The notes: generated from the letters alone by a model not told the origin. DNA of 64,000 bases from Spartobacteria bacterium (GCA_947487385.1 CANKWU010000005.1:12431-76430); one strand, 5' to 3'; numbered from the stretch's first letter, positions 1 through 11,026 are shown. A program made the numbers and translations.

Positions 1-943
1 GCAATCCGAGCGTAAACTCGCCCTCCACACACTCACGGAGATCGAAGGAATCGTGGCGGAGGAATGGAAAAGTCCGATAGAATTTGACAAGCTTACGGCT
101 ATGTTCCCCAACAGGAGGATCTATCTGGAGCAGACGGGAAAAAATAATCCGACTGCCCGTGCCGTTGATCTAATCGCACCCCTTGGAATGGGGCAGCGTG
201 GATTGATCGTGGCCCCCCCGCGTGTCGGAAAAACCATGATGCTCAAGAGCCTGGCGCTTGCCATCCGTGCCAATCATCCCGATGTCCATCTCATGCTCCT
301 GCTGGTGGATGAGCGTCCCGAGGAAGTCACTGATCTCCGAAAGGCACTGGACTGCGACATTTTCAGCTCTACCTTTGATGAACCAACCGCGCGCCATGTG
401 CAGGTTTCTGAGATGGTTTCGGAACGTTCCAAACGGCTGGTAGAATTGAAAAAGGATGTGGTGATCCTTGTGGATAGCATCACCCGCCTTTCGCGAGGCT
501 ATAACAACAATATCAAGGGAAAAGGCCGCACCATGAGCGGAGGCGTTGACTCAGCGGCCCTCTCTCGTCCCAAGAAGTTCTTCGGCTCGGCGCGCAATGT
601 CGAGGAGGGTGGCAGTCTCACCATTCTTGCCACCGCGCTTGTCGAAACACATAGCCGCATGGATGACCTCATCTTTGAGGAATACAAAGGGACGGGAAAT
701 ATGGAAATCTACCTTGATCGCTCCATCATGGAACAGCGCGTCTTCCCGGCCATCCACATCACCAAGTCTGGCACTCGTCGGGAGGAGCTTCTTTATCATC
801 CGGACGAATATGAGCGAATCCTTCAGTTGAGGAAGCAACTCATGGAAATACCGGCCGCCGAAGCAATGCAGATCCTCTGCCTGAATATGGAAACCACCAA
901 AAGCAACGCCGAACTTCTGCTCGGAGGCATCAAGGGACTCTAG
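1..943 (+). CDS. rho: Transcription termination factor Rho, C-terminal part (5' end lies outside the window)
   Basis: Frame is open from nt 2. Walker A 'APPRVGKT', '[11 protein letters not shown]', '[14 protein letters not shown]' and '[17 protein letters not shown]' are Rho hallmarks. The GTG at 53 is only the first in-frame start in the ORF track. Confidence 0.93.
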   Translation, partial: QSERKLALHTLTEIEGIVAEEWKSPIEFDKLTAMFPNRRIYLEQTGKNNPTARAVDLIAPLGMGQRGLIVAPPRVGKTMMLKSLALAIRANHPDVHLMLLLVDERPEEVTDLRKALDCDIFSSTFDEPTARHVQVSEMVSERSKRLVELKKDVVILVDSITRLSRGYNNNIKGKGRTMSGGVDSAALSRPKKFFGSARNVEEGGSLTILATALVETHSRMDDLIFEEYKGTGNMEIYLDRSIMEQRVFPAIHITKSGTRREELLYHPDEYERILQLRKQLMEIPAAEAMQILCLNMETTKSNAELLLGGIKGL

Positions 944-1010
944 GGAAGCGCAAAGGCACCCCTGTGTCTGGCTTATAAAGACTGGGGGAGAAAATCTCTT
1001 CTGACTCGAC

Positions 1011-3644
1011 TTGGAGCACTCCCTCCATAAACATCTCCCGGTGACTGAACGTGTAACTGTCCGATCAAAGTTCTTCTTTGAAGGTGAAAAGAAATTCTTT
1101 GTCAAAGGAGTCACCTACGCCCCCTTTGCCCCAGATTCCGAGGGTTTCCAGTTTGGCGCGAAAGAGCAAGTCGCCCGTGATCTGGCAGTCATCCGGCAAA
1201 CAGGTGCCAACCTGATCCGTATCTACACCAATCCGCCGCGTTGGTTTCTGGATCTCTGTCTGGAGAATGGTCTGAGAGTGCTCTTCAGCATTGCCTGGAT
1301 GGAGCATGTCGAGTTTCTGAATGATTCCAAGGTCAGATCCTCCGTAGAGAAAGCCGTTCTCGATGCGGTGCGTGAACATAAGGGTCATCATGCTATCTTC
1401 GGCTACCTTCTAGGAAACGAGATTCCATCATCGATGGTCCGCTGGCTGGGAGCAAAGAGGGTGACCGAATTCCTGGAGCATCTGGTCAACATTGCCCGTC
1501 ATGAGGATCCGCGAGTCCTTTACTCCTACGCGAGCTATCCTCCCACGGAGTACCTGCTCCCCCAAAATGTCGACTTTCTAACGTTCAATGTTTACCTGCA
1601 CCGAAGGGAGGATTTTGAGCGATATCTTGCCCGCCTTCAGAATCTTGCCGAGGACAAGCCGCTCATCATGGGTGAGTTCGGAATGGATACAATCCGTCAT
1701 ACTGAAGAGGAACAGGCAGAAATGATCGGCTGGCATCTCGATGCTGTTGTGAGGGGCGGTCTTGCGGGAACCATTCTTTATGCTTGGACGGATGAGTGGC
1801 ACCGCGGAGGCATGGAGATCCTGGACTGGGCTTTCGGTCTTGTAAAACGCGACCGCACTCCAAAAAAGGCACTTTCTAAGGTCAGAGAGTTTTTTGATAA
1901 TCGTCAGCCCATCACTCATCACGCCCCTCTGCCGCGGGTTCCCAAAGTCTCGGTGATCGTCTGCAGCTATAACGGCGGCCAGACCTTGGAGGCATGCCTG
2001 AAATCCCTAAAAAAAATCGACTATCCCGATTACGAAGTTGTTGTTGTCGATGACGGATCCACGGACCACACAAAGGAGATTCTTTCCCATCACCCCTGGG
2101 TCAATGCCATTTACCAAACAAATCATGGTCTTAGTGTCGCGCGAAATGTCGGTGCGGCTGCGGCCACAGGCGAGATCATCGCCTATACCGATAGTGACTG
2201 CATGGCTGATCCTGACTGGCTCTACTATCTTGTGGGAACCCTCCTCTCGGGCAACTATGCCGGTGTCGGAGGGCCTAATATATCGCCCCCAGCTCAGAAT
2301 TGGCATCAGGCATGCGTTGCCGCAGCTCCCGGAGGCCCCAGCCATGTTCTTCTTACGGATGTCGTCGCCGAACATATTCCCGGTTGCAACATGGCCTTCT
2401 ACCGATGGGCTTTTGAAAAGATCGGGGGCTTCGATCCGGAATATCGGAAGGCAGGAGACGACGTCGACTTTTGCTGGCGTCTTCAGCAGGAGGGTGAGGT
2501 CATCGCCTTCAGCCCTTCTGCCATCGTGTGGCACTATCGTCGTTTTACCCTAAAGGCTTTCCGGAAGCAGCAGGAAGGTTACGGTGAGGCTGAATCCCTC
2601 CTTCGCTTTAAGCACCTTGTTTTCTTTGGCCCGACAGGGACTGCCAAGTGGAAAGGACAAGTTTATGGAGCCCCGCGCTTCACTTGGCTCATCAACCAGC
2701 CCGTGATCTATCATGGCGTTTTCGGTGAGGGTCTCTTCCAGTGTATCTACCCTACCCCTCAGTCGGAATTGGCAGCTTACTTGAGCAGCATCGAATGGGT
2801 AGCTCTTACCGCCTTCCTCTTCCTTCTAGCCATTCCGTTTCCCGTCCTGCGAATCGTTGCCTACCTGATGTTCGGCGGCACCTTCCTCGTCGCTCTTTCT
2901 TACATGATTCATGCCAAGTTGGAGCCCCGGTTCGATACGATCAGGGCACGTCTGTTAGTGGCATTTCTCGCCCTTTCGCAGCCTCTGGTGAGGGGATGGT
3001 CCCGATACTTCACCTGGCTCAAGTTCAAACGCACGCCGGAATCCGTCATTGCGGCCAAGGAGAAAGACTTCAAACCCAGCAAGATCCGTGGACTTTCGAA
3101 GATCGTCTTATGGAATGAGGAGGGAAAGGGGCGAGAGCTTCTCATCACTTCGGTCATCGAGGCCTTGGAGAACGAGGGCTGGAGCTACTCAACCGACACA
3201 GGTTGGAAGGACTGGGACGTCCAGATTTATGGAAGTTTCTGGTGGGGAGTCACGATGAGAAGCGTTACCGAATACCACGGAGGCCCGAAATGCCTGACTC
3301 GGGTCGGCCTTACCACCAGGATGGTGGCGACCACCTTCTTGGCAAATTTCCTGATGATCAGCTTGCTGATCTATCTTGCAGCAACCGGATATTCCATGTT
3401 TTTCCCCATAGGTCTGTACGCGGTGGCAATGTTTATTATCTGGACACGAGGGTATCGTTTAAAGAAACGCGTTGCCGAACTCGTGGAGGCAAGTGGACAG
3501 CGAATCGGAGTCAATCGGATCGACCCGCGGAAAAGAAACATCCCCTCTAAGGAGACCATTGAGGAAGAGAAGAAGGAATCATCCGTAGAGCATCAGGTTT
3601 CTCCTCAGATCCCCTCGGAGGTCTCGCCTCTCTCAGATAGTTAA
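1011..3644 (+). CDS. Multidomain membrane glycosyltransferase: N-terminal clan GH-A-like hydrolase domain + family 2 glycosyltransferase + C-terminal polytopic membrane region
   Basis: 877-aa ORF (TTG 1011; GTG 1041 is an alternative start). 'LLGNEI' and 'IMGEFGMD' are TIM-barrel hydrolase-like motifs. GT2 motifs are 'VSVIVCSYNGG', 'VVVVDDGSTD', 'YTDSDCMADPDW' and 'GDDVDFCWR'. Several hydrophobic helices follow aa ~590. Confidence 0.7.
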   Translation: MEHSLHKHLPVTERVTVRSKFFFEGEKKFFVKGVTYAPFAPDSEGFQFGAKEQVARDLAVIRQTGANLIRIYTNPPRWFLDLCLENGLRVLFSIAWMEHVEFLNDSKVRSSVEKAVLDAVREHKGHHAIFGYLLGNEIPSSMVRWLGAKRVTEFLEHLVNIARHEDPRVLYSYASYPPTEYLLPQNVDFLTFNVYLHRREDFERYLARLQNLAEDKPLIMGEFGMDTIRHTEEEQAEMIGWHLDAVVRGGLAGTILYAWTDEWHRGGMEILDWAFGLVKRDRTPKKALSKVREFFDNRQPITHHAPLPRVPKVSVIVCSYNGGQTLEACLKSLKKIDYPDYEVVVVDDGSTDHTKEILSHHPWVNAIYQTNHGLSVARNVGAAAATGEIIAYTDSDCMADPDWLYYLVGTLLSGNYAGVGGPNISPPAQNWHQACVAAAPGGPSHVLLTDVVAEHIPGCNMAFYRWAFEKIGGFDPEYRKAGDDVDFCWRLQQEGEVIAFSPSAIVWHYRRFTLKAFRKQQEGYGEAESLLRFKHLVFFGPTGTAKWKGQVYGAPRFTWLINQPVIYHGVFGEGLFQCIYPTPQSELAAYLSSIEWVALTAFLFLLAIPFPVLRIVAYLMFGGTFLVALSYMIHAKLEPRFDTIRARLLVAFLALSQPLVRGWSRYFTWLKFKRTPESVIAAKEKDFKPSKIRGLSKIVLWNEEGKGRELLITSVIEALENEGWSYSTDTGWKDWDVQIYGSFWWGVTMRSVTEYHGGPKCLTRVGLTTRMVATTFLANFLMISLLIYLAATGYSMFFPIGLYAVAMFIIWTRGYRLKKRVAELVEASGQRIGVNRIDPRKRNIPSKETIEEEKKESSVEHQVSPQIPSEVSPLSDS

Positions 3645-3745
3645 AAAGGTTGAAAAGTTAGAACGGGAAGATACCTACTCCATACTCTCTTAAACGCCCT
3701 TCATTTAACTATTTTAAACTATTTAACGAATCACCCATTTCAGTC

Positions 3746-5149
3746 ATGCCCAGTGTCTTCATCAAGACTTACGGATGCCAGATGAACGAGCGCGACTCCG
3801 AACAAGTGGCGCGTGATCTGCAGGATCGCGGATACACACTTGTCCCACACGAGAGGGATGCGGACGTGATCCTTCTGAATACCTGCAGCGTTCGGGAGAT
3901 GGCGGAAAAAAAGGCTATCGGCAAGATGGGGATGCTCAGGAAACTCCGCAGGGACAAACCGAAACTCGTCTTGGGGTACATGGGATGCATGGCGCAACGA
4001 CTGGGCGAAGACCTTGAAAAGCACTCCCCTCATGTCGATCTCGTGATCGGTACGCAGAAGTTTCACCGCGTTGCGGATTATGTGGAAGAGGCGTTGCAAA
4101 AACGTGAGGAGGCGTTCCTTGAGGAAGATCTCAGGGATCTCGGCTCCACCATCCGACCAATCATCGATATCTCTCCCGAGGAAGGCTCCCAGAACTCCAT
4201 ACGCGACCACCTGCCGGAAAAAAAGAAAGAGGCCACGGCCTTCATTTCCATCATGCAGGGCTGCAACATGCACTGCACCTTCTGCATTGTCCCCACAACA
4301 CGGGGAGAGGAACGTGGCCGACCGATCGCTCAGATTGTGAATGAGGCACGCACCCTTGTGGAGCGCGGGATTCGGGAGGTCACGCTACTAGGCCAGATCG
4401 TGAACCTCTACGGTCGTCACGAGTTTCCAAAGATCGGGGACAAAAGTCCCTTCGTGCAACTCATCGAGGCTCTTCATGAAGTCGACGGACTCGATCGCAT
4501 CCGCTTTACCTCCCCTCACCCTATGGGTTTCCGCAAGGATCTTGTGGAATGCTTCGGCCGACTTCCGAAGCTCATGGAACATGTTCACCTCCCGCTTCAA
4601 TCCGGATCGGATCGCATCCTTAAGGCGATGCACCGCCCTTACACGGCGGCATCCTACCGCAAACTCGTCGCTGACCTTCGCGCGAGCCGGCCCAGCATTG
4701 CCATCACGTCCGATATCATCGTTGGTTTCCCTGGTGAGACGGAAAGTGATTACAAAGCATCCCGGGATCTGGCCGAGGAGCTTGAATTCGACGGTGCCTT
4801 TATTTTCCGTTACTCGAAACGCGGCGACACTCCTGCTGCACTCATGGAGGAACAGCTAAGCGAAGAGGAGAAAGAGCAGCGCAACCAGGATCTCCTCTCC
4901 GTGGTGAATGCCTCGGCTTCAAGAAAACTCGAAGCCTGTATTGGCACACGGCAGGAAGTTCTCTGCGAAGGTCTCAGCCGTAATGATCCAGCCCGACTTT
5001 CCGGCCGTACCAGGACCAACAAGATCGTCATCTTTGAAGGCGGAAGCCGTTTTCACGGGGAAATTTTCGACATTTCTGTGACTTCGGCCAGTAGCTCAAC
5101 CCTCTATGGCGACCCGGCCATTCACGAAGGAATCTCTCTTACCTCATGA
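3746..5149 (+). CDS. miaB: tRNA-2-methylthio-N6-dimethylallyladenosine synthase MiaB (radical SAM methylthiotransferase)
   Basis: N-terminal 'FIKTYGCQMNERDSE', radical-SAM 'GCNMHCTFCIVP', TRAM-like C-terminus; 467 aa. Confidence 0.92.
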   Translation: MPSVFIKTYGCQMNERDSEQVARDLQDRGYTLVPHERDADVILLNTCSVREMAEKKAIGKMGMLRKLRRDKPKLVLGYMGCMAQRLGEDLEKHSPHVDLVIGTQKFHRVADYVEEALQKREEAFLEEDLRDLGSTIRPIIDISPEEGSQNSIRDHLPEKKKEATAFISIMQGCNMHCTFCIVPTTRGEERGRPIAQIVNEARTLVERGIREVTLLGQIVNLYGRHEFPKIGDKSPFVQLIEALHEVDGLDRIRFTSPHPMGFRKDLVECFGRLPKLMEHVHLPLQSGSDRILKAMHRPYTAASYRKLVADLRASRPSIAITSDIIVGFPGETESDYKASRDLAEELEFDGAFIFRYSKRGDTPAALMEEQLSEEEKEQRNQDLLSVVNASASRKLEACIGTRQEVLCEGLSRNDPARLSGRTRTNKIVIFEGGSRFHGEIFDISVTSASSSTLYGDPAIHEGISLTS

Positions 5150-5796
5150 GTAAAAGTCCCGGGACGTTGGAAAAGTCAACTCGAGCCTCGTCAGACATTC
5201 CCAAAAAAACCGTTTACCGCCTCTCCTTGTATCTGCGGAGCCTCGGTCTCATGGCAACAAAAAGGGAGCGCGTCGTCTCCTCAGCCGCCCTGGCAAGTGT
5301 GGCCGGTGTCCAGTCAGCTCAACTCCGAAGGGATCTTGCCTACTGCGGTCCACTTGGCAAACGCGGCACAGGTTACGAAGTCGTGATCCTGAGAAACAGA
5401 CTTGAGGAGATCCTGGGGAGAGCAAGCCTTCAGCCCGTCATCCTCGTGGGTGTGGGAAACCTGGGGCAGGCTCTTCTGAGCTATAAGGGATTCGCCCGCG
5501 AGGGGTTCGAGATTGTGGCGGCCTTTGATCTCAAAGCTCAAAAACCAAGCGAGGGTAGATTGGGCATCCGAGGAATGGGATCAATGCGAGGACTGATCCA
5601 ACGGCAGGAAATAAGGATGGCCATCCTGTGTGTTCCCGGATCGTCCGCACAGAGCGTGGGTGAACAGCTTGCCAATGCTGGAATCCAGGCAATTCTGAAT
5701 TTTTCTCCTGTCGTTCTTCATCTTCCCGAGACGATTGCGGTAAACAATGTCAACCTTGCAATCGAACTGGAGAATCTCAGCTACTTTGCACGATGA
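5146..5796 (+). CDS. rex: Redox-sensing transcriptional repressor Rex
   Basis: ATGA overlap with the miaB stop. Winged-helix 'IPKKTVYRLSLYLRSL' and Rossmann 'VILVGVGNLGQALL' are typical of Rex. Confidence 0.88.
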   Translation: MSKSPGTLEKSTRASSDIPKKTVYRLSLYLRSLGLMATKRERVVSSAALASVAGVQSAQLRRDLAYCGPLGKRGTGYEVVILRNRLEEILGRASLQPVILVGVGNLGQALLSYKGFAREGFEIVAAFDLKAQKPSEGRLGIRGMGSMRGLIQRQEIRMAILCVPGSSAQSVGEQLANAGIQAILNFSPVVLHLPETIAVNNVNLAIELENLSYFAR

Positions 5797-6746
5797 GTCG
5801 GGGTCAACGAATGCACCAATCAGAGGCGAGTCTCACATGTCCTGAATTCGATCTTCGAATGACCTTGGAGAGTGGTCAGACCTTTCATTGGATGGAATTT
5901 GAAGGAGGATATGCGGGAACTATTGGAGAGAAGGGGGTGATTCTTCGACAGGAAGGAGAGACTCTTCATTACCGGGGTATTGATCCGGAATCCCTGAGAA
6001 ATTATCTGGCCTTTGATCATGATCTTGAAGAGATCCGTAGTTCCTGCGCCTCTCATTCTGCCTCTTCCGAGGCATCACTGGCCTGCCGTGGTCTGCGAAT
6101 CATGAGGCAACCACATTGGGAATGCCTGGCCTCTTTCATTCTCTCACCGATGAAGCAGGTAGCCCATATCCGCCAGATGAGCATGGCCTTGAGGCATGCC
6201 TATGGAAAAAAGCTAGAGAACTCCCCCGTGCCTTCGTTTCCGGACCCATCTGTCCTGGCCTCCACAACGGAAGCGGAGTTACGCCGTTGTTCCCTTGGTT
6301 TTCGTGCAAAGGGGCTTCTAGGAACGGCCCGACTGATCGCCGAGGGCAAATTCGCCCCGGAAGCACTGGTCGGCATGAGCACTCGCGAAGCACGCGAAGC
6401 TCTCTGCACTCTTCCCGGTATCGGAAGAAAAGTGGCCAACTGTATTCTTCTCTTTTCCTACGGCCGACTGGAGGCTGTTCCCGTGGATGTCTGGGTCGGC
6501 AGAATTCTCAACTCCTTCCGATCTTCCAGGGCAAAAAAACTGACTCCGCTTGAGTTAGAGCAGTATGGAGAAAAGGTTATGGGACCTTACGCAGGGTACA
6601 TTCAGCAATACCTCTTCCATCAGGCACGCACGGGAAATCTGAAACTTCCTCATGATACCAAGGCGAGTCATGGGAAGAATCCAAAGAGGGTGACTTCCAC
6701 AAGCCCTCAAAAAGCCTCCTCTCCATATCTGGCCGCCGCTTTATGA
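5793..6746 (+). CDS. 8-oxoguanine DNA glycosylase / AP lyase (Ogg-type, HhH-GPD superfamily)
   Basis: HhH-GPD region 'LCTLPGIGRKVANCILLFSYGRLEAVPVDVWV'; ATGA overlap with rex. Confidence 0.75.
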   Translation: MSRGQRMHQSEASLTCPEFDLRMTLESGQTFHWMEFEGGYAGTIGEKGVILRQEGETLHYRGIDPESLRNYLAFDHDLEEIRSSCASHSASSEASLACRGLRIMRQPHWECLASFILSPMKQVAHIRQMSMALRHAYGKKLENSPVPSFPDPSVLASTTEAELRRCSLGFRAKGLLGTARLIAEGKFAPEALVGMSTREAREALCTLPGIGRKVANCILLFSYGRLEAVPVDVWVGRILNSFRSSRAKKLTPLELEQYGEKVMGPYAGYIQQYLFHQARTGNLKLPHDTKASHGKNPKRVTSTSPQKASSPYLAAAL

Positions 6747-7816
6747 CGACTGCAACGGATCAGTCGCTTTCAAAGCAAAGGCGCAGAAAGAAGGGTTTTC
6801 CCTTCTTCGTCGTCCTCTCCTGCCTGATCCACGGAGTGCTGATCATGTTCCTGGCCATTCTTTTCGCGAAACATCTACTGAAAAAAGAGATTCAAAAATA
6901 CCCACCGCCCGAAGTAACACTCGAGATAACCCCTCCTTCCAAAACAGAGCGTCCGTTTATCGAGGCAAAGGAAGTCTCTGAAAAAGCACCTCTGAATTCC
7001 CCCTTCCAATCCGATCAGAACAGCAAAGCTGCCAGCGAACTCCCTCCTGATGGACACTTGCCTCTTCCTTCCCAACAAGGCATTCCGCAATCAGCGTTGG
7101 AACTTCAGAACCAGCGACATACCCCGGGTGAAAAACCAGCCTCTCAAGCCGGCAACCCGCCCCCCACGCAGCCACCATCACCTCCCTCCACACCAGCTGG
7201 AAAAGTCTCTGAAGAGCAAAAATCGTCCCTGTCTCCCACCCCTGCGCCAACACCCAGTACGACTCCCAATCCTCAACCGACACCGACCGCCCCTCCCCCT
7301 CCCAACAATATCAAGCTTCTAGAACCGCCCGAATCCCCGTCAGTAAGCTCTAAACAAAAAACACAGACAGCCAACAATCCATCGCCCATATCCCCTCCCC
7401 GTCAGGCTTCCGTACCGGGATCTCAAGGAAGCGCCAAGGGATACCAGCCTGAAACACGTCAAACCGTGATCCGCGGCAATATCTCCAATCGCGGTCGCTC
7501 CTCCGCTGCCACTGAGGCCACACCGCTGGGTCGCTATCGTAAAGGAGTCTCCGATGCCATCGGCTCGAGATGGTACTACTATGTGGATGAGCGAATGGGT
7601 CTTCTCAGCATTGGAACAGTGGACGTCTGCTTCAAGGTCATGGCCAGCGGCAAGGTCAGCGGACTCCATGTCGTCTCCAGCAATGGGAATGAATCTTTGA
7701 CTGATTGTTGTCTTCGCTCAATCATGGATGCCAAGCTTCCGCCGATCCCTTCTGACGTTGCCAGAACACTCCAGAACGGAGTCTTGGAAATCGACTACAG
7801 CTTCACTATTTACTAA
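6743..7816 (+). CDS. TonB-like energy transducer (N-terminal membrane anchor, long Pro-rich linker, TonB_C-like domain)
   Basis: TM helix 'FFVVLSCLIHGVLIMFLAILFA', Pro-rich 'PTPAPTPSTTPNPQPTPTAPPPP', compact C-terminal beta-rich domain; ATGA overlap with the upstream gene. Confidence 0.7.
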   Translation: MTTATDQSLSKQRRRKKGFPFFVVLSCLIHGVLIMFLAILFAKHLLKKEIQKYPPPEVTLEITPPSKTERPFIEAKEVSEKAPLNSPFQSDQNSKAASELPPDGHLPLPSQQGIPQSALELQNQRHTPGEKPASQAGNPPPTQPPSPPSTPAGKVSEEQKSSLSPTPAPTPSTTPNPQPTPTAPPPPNNIKLLEPPESPSVSSKQKTQTANNPSPISPPRQASVPGSQGSAKGYQPETRQTVIRGNISNRGRSSAATEATPLGRYRKGVSDAIGSRWYYYVDERMGLLSIGTVDVCFKVMASGKVSGLHVVSSNGNESLTDCCLRSIMDAKLPPIPSDVARTLQNGVLEIDYSFTIY

Positions 7817-7826
7817 GATTTATTCC

Positions 7827-8462
7827 ATGTACCTGCTCCCCTTCCTAGCCGCGATGCCCGGTTTTGTTCAGTTCTTCGCGAAGGGCGGCTTCTTCATGGC
7901 CGTACTCCTCATCCTTTCGGTTTTCTCTCTGGCCGTGATTCTTCAAAGGGCACTTATCATCAAGATGGATCGTGCCCTGCCGCCAGATGTGATTCGGGCT
8001 CTGGATGGATTCAAAGGCGGATCCCAGATCGAGAATCTTGAGAAATTCCTTCTCAGGGAGCCCTCCCCTCTTTCACGGGTGTTCCTGAGTGTCCTTCAGC
8101 ATAGGAACTGGACGCGCGCCGAGGTCCTTGACGCTGTACAGACCCGTGCAAGACATGAAATCTCTCGGCTCGAATCGGGTCTTGTCTTCCTGGAGATCAC
8201 AACCGGCATCTCTCCCCTACTGGGATTGCTCGGAACCCTCTCGGGCCTTGTCGGTATTTTTGGTAATATCGGCGCGAGTGGTGATCCTCAACTGGTAGCC
8301 AATGGTATCTCCGAGGCTCTGAATTGTACGATTGTTGGCCTTGGTGTCGCTGTTCCCAATCTGGTTGCCTATAACTACTTCACCCGCCGCGTCGAAGTGG
8401 TCTCGATAGAACTCGAATCATTGACGACCGATCTGATGACGAAGCTTGCCATTGGAAGATAA
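7827..8462 (+). CDS. MotA/TolQ/ExbB family proton channel protein
   Basis: The ATG at 7827 follows the tonB-like stop (the ORF-track start at 7728 overlaps it). Three TM helices and the conserved 'TTGISPLLGLLGTLSGL' / 'SEALNCTIVGLGVAVP' motifs. Confidence 0.85.
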   Translation: MYLLPFLAAMPGFVQFFAKGGFFMAVLLILSVFSLAVILQRALIIKMDRALPPDVIRALDGFKGGSQIENLEKFLLREPSPLSRVFLSVLQHRNWTRAEVLDAVQTRARHEISRLESGLVFLEITTGISPLLGLLGTLSGLVGIFGNIGASGDPQLVANGISEALNCTIVGLGVAVPNLVAYNYFTRRVEVVSIELESLTTDLMTKLAIGR

Positions 8463-8521
8463 TCAGTCCGTCGTGATTTCGTGACGGATTAACTGAGTTT
8501 CCTAAGCGGTGCCTTATTTTC

Positions 8522-9940
8522 TTAAGGGTGGGTCATTTCCTTAGGAATAACCCATTCATCGAATTGCTCGTTAGTCAAATAACCCAAAGCCATGGCAGCC
8601 TGCTTCAAACTGGACTTTTCATGATGCGCCTTCTTGGCGATCTGGGCCGCCTTGTCATAGCCAATGTGGGGATTCAGCGCAGTGACCAGCATCAGAGAGC
8701 TCTGGACATATCCAGCAATCACTTCGCGATTTGCCTCAATCCCCATGACGCAGTGTTCCGTGAATGATAAGCAGGCATCGGAAAGAAGTCGTACTGAATG
8801 AAGGAAGTTGTGAATGATCACCGGCTTGAAGACATTCAGTTCAAAGTTTCCCTGGGAAGCGGCAATGCCTATCGCTGCGTCGTTACCCATAACTTGAACG
8901 GCTACCATGGTGACGGCCTCACACTGGGTAGGGTTTACTTTACCCGGCATGATCGAGGAACCCGGTTCATTCTCGGGAAGCGAGAGTTCTCCAAGACCAC
9001 ATCGGGGACCCGAAGCCAGCCATCGAATGTCGTTTGCGATCTTCATGAGCGAGGTGGCTAGCGACTTGAGGGCACCGCTTGCAAAGACAAATTCTCCATG
9101 GGAAGAGAGGGCCATGAATTTGTTTTCGGCTGAGACAAAGGGATAACCTGTGATCGTGGAAATGTGTGCAGCAGCGGTCTTTCCGAACTTCGGATGGGAG
9201 TTCAGCCCAGTACCCACTGCGGTGCCGCCTATGGCCAAGGACTGAAGGCCGGGAAGGCTCTCGGCAAGACGAACCAGGTCGGCATCGAGCATGGCGACGT
9301 AACCGGAGAACTCCTGACCCAAAGTGATCGGAGTCGCATCCTGGAGATGCGTACGCCCGATCTTGATAATATCCGCAAACTCCACCGCTTTGATATGAAG
9401 GGCTCCGCGCAGTGTTGTCACCGCTTGCAGCAGACGCTCCCTGACCACCGTGACGGCAGCGATATTCATTGCCGTGGGAAAAGTATCGTTTGAAGACTGC
9501 GACATGTTCACATCGTCGTTGGGGTGAATCGGCTTCTTCGACCCCATCTCGCCACCAGCCATCTCGATAGCACGGTTGGAAATCACCTCATTAGCGTTCA
9601 TATTGCTCTGAGTACCACTACCAGTCTGCCAGATCCGCAAGGGAAAGTGATCATTGAGCTTGCCGTCGATCACCTCGTCTGCGGCTTGGGTGATGAGTTC
9701 GCACTTTTCCGCGCTAAGCTTGCCGAGATCTCTGTTCGCAAGAGCGCAGGCTTTCTTGAGCTGTCCCAAGGCCTTGATCAGCTCGGGTGGCTTGATGTCA
9801 TTGCCGATATCGAAGTGGATCAGGGAACGGGCAGTCTGGGCACCATAGTACCTGTCGCGAGGGACGGGAACCGCCCCCATGCTATCGGTCTCCGAGCGAT
9901 GAGTGAGCGGATCGGCAATGGGAATCTCGTGGCTGCTCAT
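8522..9940 (-). CDS. fumC: Class II fumarate hydratase
   Basis: 472 aa. Signature '[16 protein letters not shown]' and N-terminal '[10 protein letters not shown]' match FumC rather than AspA. Confidence 0.9.
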   Translation of the reverse strand: MSSHEIPIADPLTHRSETDSMGAVPVPRDRYYGAQTARSLIHFDIGNDIKPPELIKALGQLKKACALANRDLGKLSAEKCELITQAADEVIDGKLNDHFPLRIWQTGSGTQSNMNANEVISNRAIEMAGGEMGSKKPIHPNDDVNMSQSSNDTFPTAMNIAAVTVVRERLLQAVTTLRGALHIKAVEFADIIKIGRTHLQDATPITLGQEFSGYVAMLDADLVRLAESLPGLQSLAIGGTAVGTGLNSHPKFGKTAAAHISTITGYPFVSAENKFMALSSHGEFVFASGALKSLATSLMKIANDIRWLASGPRCGLGELSLPENEPGSSIMPGKVNPTQCEAVTMVAVQVMGNDAAIGIAASQGNFELNVFKPVIIHNFLHSVRLLSDACLSFTEHCVMGIEANREVIAGYVQSSLMLVTALNPHIGYDKAAQIAKKAHHEKSSLKQAAMALGYLTNEQFDEWVIPKEMTHP

Positions 9941-10923
9941 TTTGGCAGAAGGTCAGATACCATGGACTTCTCCTCCAGCAGTTCATTGAGCGAAAGCTGG
10001 AATTTGACCCTACCAAACTCCCCGAGATCGACTCCCTGGACGATCGAAGCAGTGGTTGCATCAGAACGCGTTGGGAAGGAGCAGATGAGTCCTTTTTCTA
10101 CACCATAAGATCCATCCGAGGGGATGGCGACGCTGTGCCAGTCGTCAGCAGGCGTAACGGCACGTATGGTTTGAACAGTCTCGATGGCTGCATGAGCTGC
10201 GGATTTTGCAGAGGAGAGGCCACGGGCGGCTATGATGGCGGCTCCTCGCTGCTGGACATCCTTAATGAAATCACCCTCGAGCCAGGCACGATCATGAATA
10301 TGCTGGCTGACAGGGGTTCCTCGAATAAGAGCATTTTCAAAATCAGGATAGAGAGTGCTGGAATGATTGCCCCAGATGGCGAGCCTGGTGACATCACGGG
10401 AATGAACGCCAGTCCTGTGGGCCAAGGCACTCTTCGCACGATTCTCATCCAGCCGGGTCATGGCGTGCCAGCGATTCTCGGGAATGGAGGGTGCATTCCT
10501 CATCGCAATCAGGCAGTTCGTGTTGCAAGGATTCCCGACAACGAGAACGCGGATATCGGGAGCAGCGTTGCGCTCGATAGCCTGCCCCTGACCAACGAAG
10601 ATCTTGCCGTTGATACCAAGGAGATCCTTACGCTCCATACCAGCCTTGCGAGGAACACTCCCGACAAGAAGCGCCCAGTTTGTCCCCTTGAAGCCATGAT
10701 CCAGATCGGAAGTTGCCTCGATCGACTCAAGGAGAGGGAATGCGCAGTCGTTGAGTTCCATGACGACGCCTGCAAGGGCCTTCATGCCGGGTTCGATCTC
10801 GATCAGGCGCAGAGCAACCGGTTGGTCATAACCAAAGACCTGCCCTGAAGCGATGCGGGGGAGAAGTGAGTAGCCGATTTGTCCGGCGGCTCCGGTAACT
10901 GAGACAACGAGTGGTGATTTCAT
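9937..10923 (-). CDS. mdh: Malate dehydrogenase (NAD-dependent, LDH-like type 2)
   Basis: 328 aa; '[21 protein letters not shown]' dinucleotide fold; 4-nt overlap with the downstream fumC. Confidence 0.9.
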   Translation of the reverse strand: MKSPLVVSVTGAAGQIGYSLLPRIASGQVFGYDQPVALRLIEIEPGMKALAGVVMELNDCAFPLLESIEATSDLDHGFKGTNWALLVGSVPRKAGMERKDLLGINGKIFVGQGQAIERNAAPDIRVLVVGNPCNTNCLIAMRNAPSIPENRWHAMTRLDENRAKSALAHRTGVHSRDVTRLAIWGNHSSTLYPDFENALIRGTPVSQHIHDRAWLEGDFIKDVQQRGAAIIAARGLSSAKSAAHAAIETVQTIRAVTPADDWHSVAIPSDGSYGVEKGLICSFPTRSDATTASIVQGVDLGEFGRVKFQLSLNELLEEKSMVSDLLPK

Positions 10924-10963
10924 GGAGTAGAGAGATTAACAGAATCGATTCACCAGAGAAATG

Positions 10964-11000
10964 AGAAAACCCGTATGCCAATTGGCATACGGGTTTTCTC
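10964..11000 (-). terminator. Perfect palindromic hairpin downstream of hup (possibly bidirectional)
   Basis: AGAAAACCCGTATGCC-AATT-GGCATACGGGTTTTCT lies 27 nt after the hup stop. A short T-rich run follows on the minus strand. Confidence 0.6.
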
Positions 11001-11026
11001 GGGCGGGGGGGGAACTCTTAAAAAAC

